A stretch of DNA of 64,000 nucleotides from a virus, in the IMG/VR virus record IMGVR_UViG_3300048033_001554, positions 20,354 to 84,353 of that record; one strand, given 5' to 3'. The notes beneath the pieces were generated by a model that saw only the letters and a program-made list of their open reading frames with translations, was not told the DNA's origin and searched no databases. This document shows, in pieces, positions 63,700-64,000 of this stretch. Numbering within the stretch: the stretch's first letter is position 1; each line of letters starts with the position of its first letter. The position numbers and the translations under genes are program-made.

Positions 63700-64000
63700 A
63701 TGTTCAAAGGATTAAAAATAGGAGCAGCAGCTTCAATTGCTATATTCGGGGCAACAAGTGTACTCGCAGAGTCAGCACCAATTAATGGTACTGTTCAGTC
63801 TCGTTGCATCATTCAAACTGACACTGCTGGTACATATGCTAACCCGAATGCTTATACGCTTACAACTGATTCTGCCGAAGGTGGCGAAGATGCGCGTATA
63901 CGTGTTGATGTATCGTTAGCAGATGCGTACTACGTAGAAATTACGCCTCCAACTGAGTTTTCATCTTCGCCAAGCTTGCCAGATCAAGTAGCGTTTACTG
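63700..64000 (+). CDS. Secreted fimbrial-subunit-like protein, truncated by the window end
   Basis: Translated by hand: MFKGLKIGAAASIAIFGATSVLA-ESAPINGTVQSRCIIQTDTAGTYANP...; AGGAG SD. Confidence 0.6.
   Translation, partial: MFKGLKIGAAASIAIFGATSVLAESAPINGTVQSRCIIQTDTAGTYANPNAYTLTTDSAEGGEDARIRVDVSLADAYYVEITPPTEFSSSPSLPDQVAFT

Overview
This window is a 64-kb piece of an AT-rich T4-like myovirus genome. The host is probably a marine or aquatic alphaproteobacterium, inferred from a FdxA-type ferredoxin and a ROSE-like leader on hsp20. From 1 to 25.6 kb is the baseplate/tail module: a >1700-aa virion protein cut by the window edge, gp8, an S8 protease, gp7-like, gp6, gp25, an M15 peptidase, gp5, a split gp53, gp48, gp4, gp2, gp54-like, gp26/gp51 and a tape-measure-like gene. 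From 25.7 to 30.5 kb are hsp20, dUTPase, regA, the clamp loader and the sliding clamp. From 30.5 to 39.8 kb is a cytosine hypermodification locus: dCMP hydroxymethylase, dCMP deaminase, a DUF5664-like dNTPase, a T4 alpha-glucosyltransferase homologue, a HAD-kinase fusion, a cytidylyltransferase, an atypical C5 DNA methyltransferase and two nuclease-like genes. From 39.8 to 41.7 kb are small early genes behind repeated sigma70-like promoters. From 41.7 to 55 kb is an island of tailoring enzymes with late-promoter motifs: two radical SAMs, nitroreductase, methyltransferases, an adenylation domain, a halogenase-like flavoprotein, GNAT, cytochrome P450 and glycosyltransferases. From 55 to 64 kb are a fibre-like protein, tRNA-Asn, candidate structured RNAs, GroES, DNA ligase, a thermonuclease and a secreted-protein operon. 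The best candidates for undescribed systems are the clamp-tethered hmC-glycosylation plus methyltransferase locus with its own donor-synthesis enzymes, and the phage-borne P450/halogenase/B12-radical-SAM biosynthetic-type operon. All calls come from reading motifs by eye; no searches were run.
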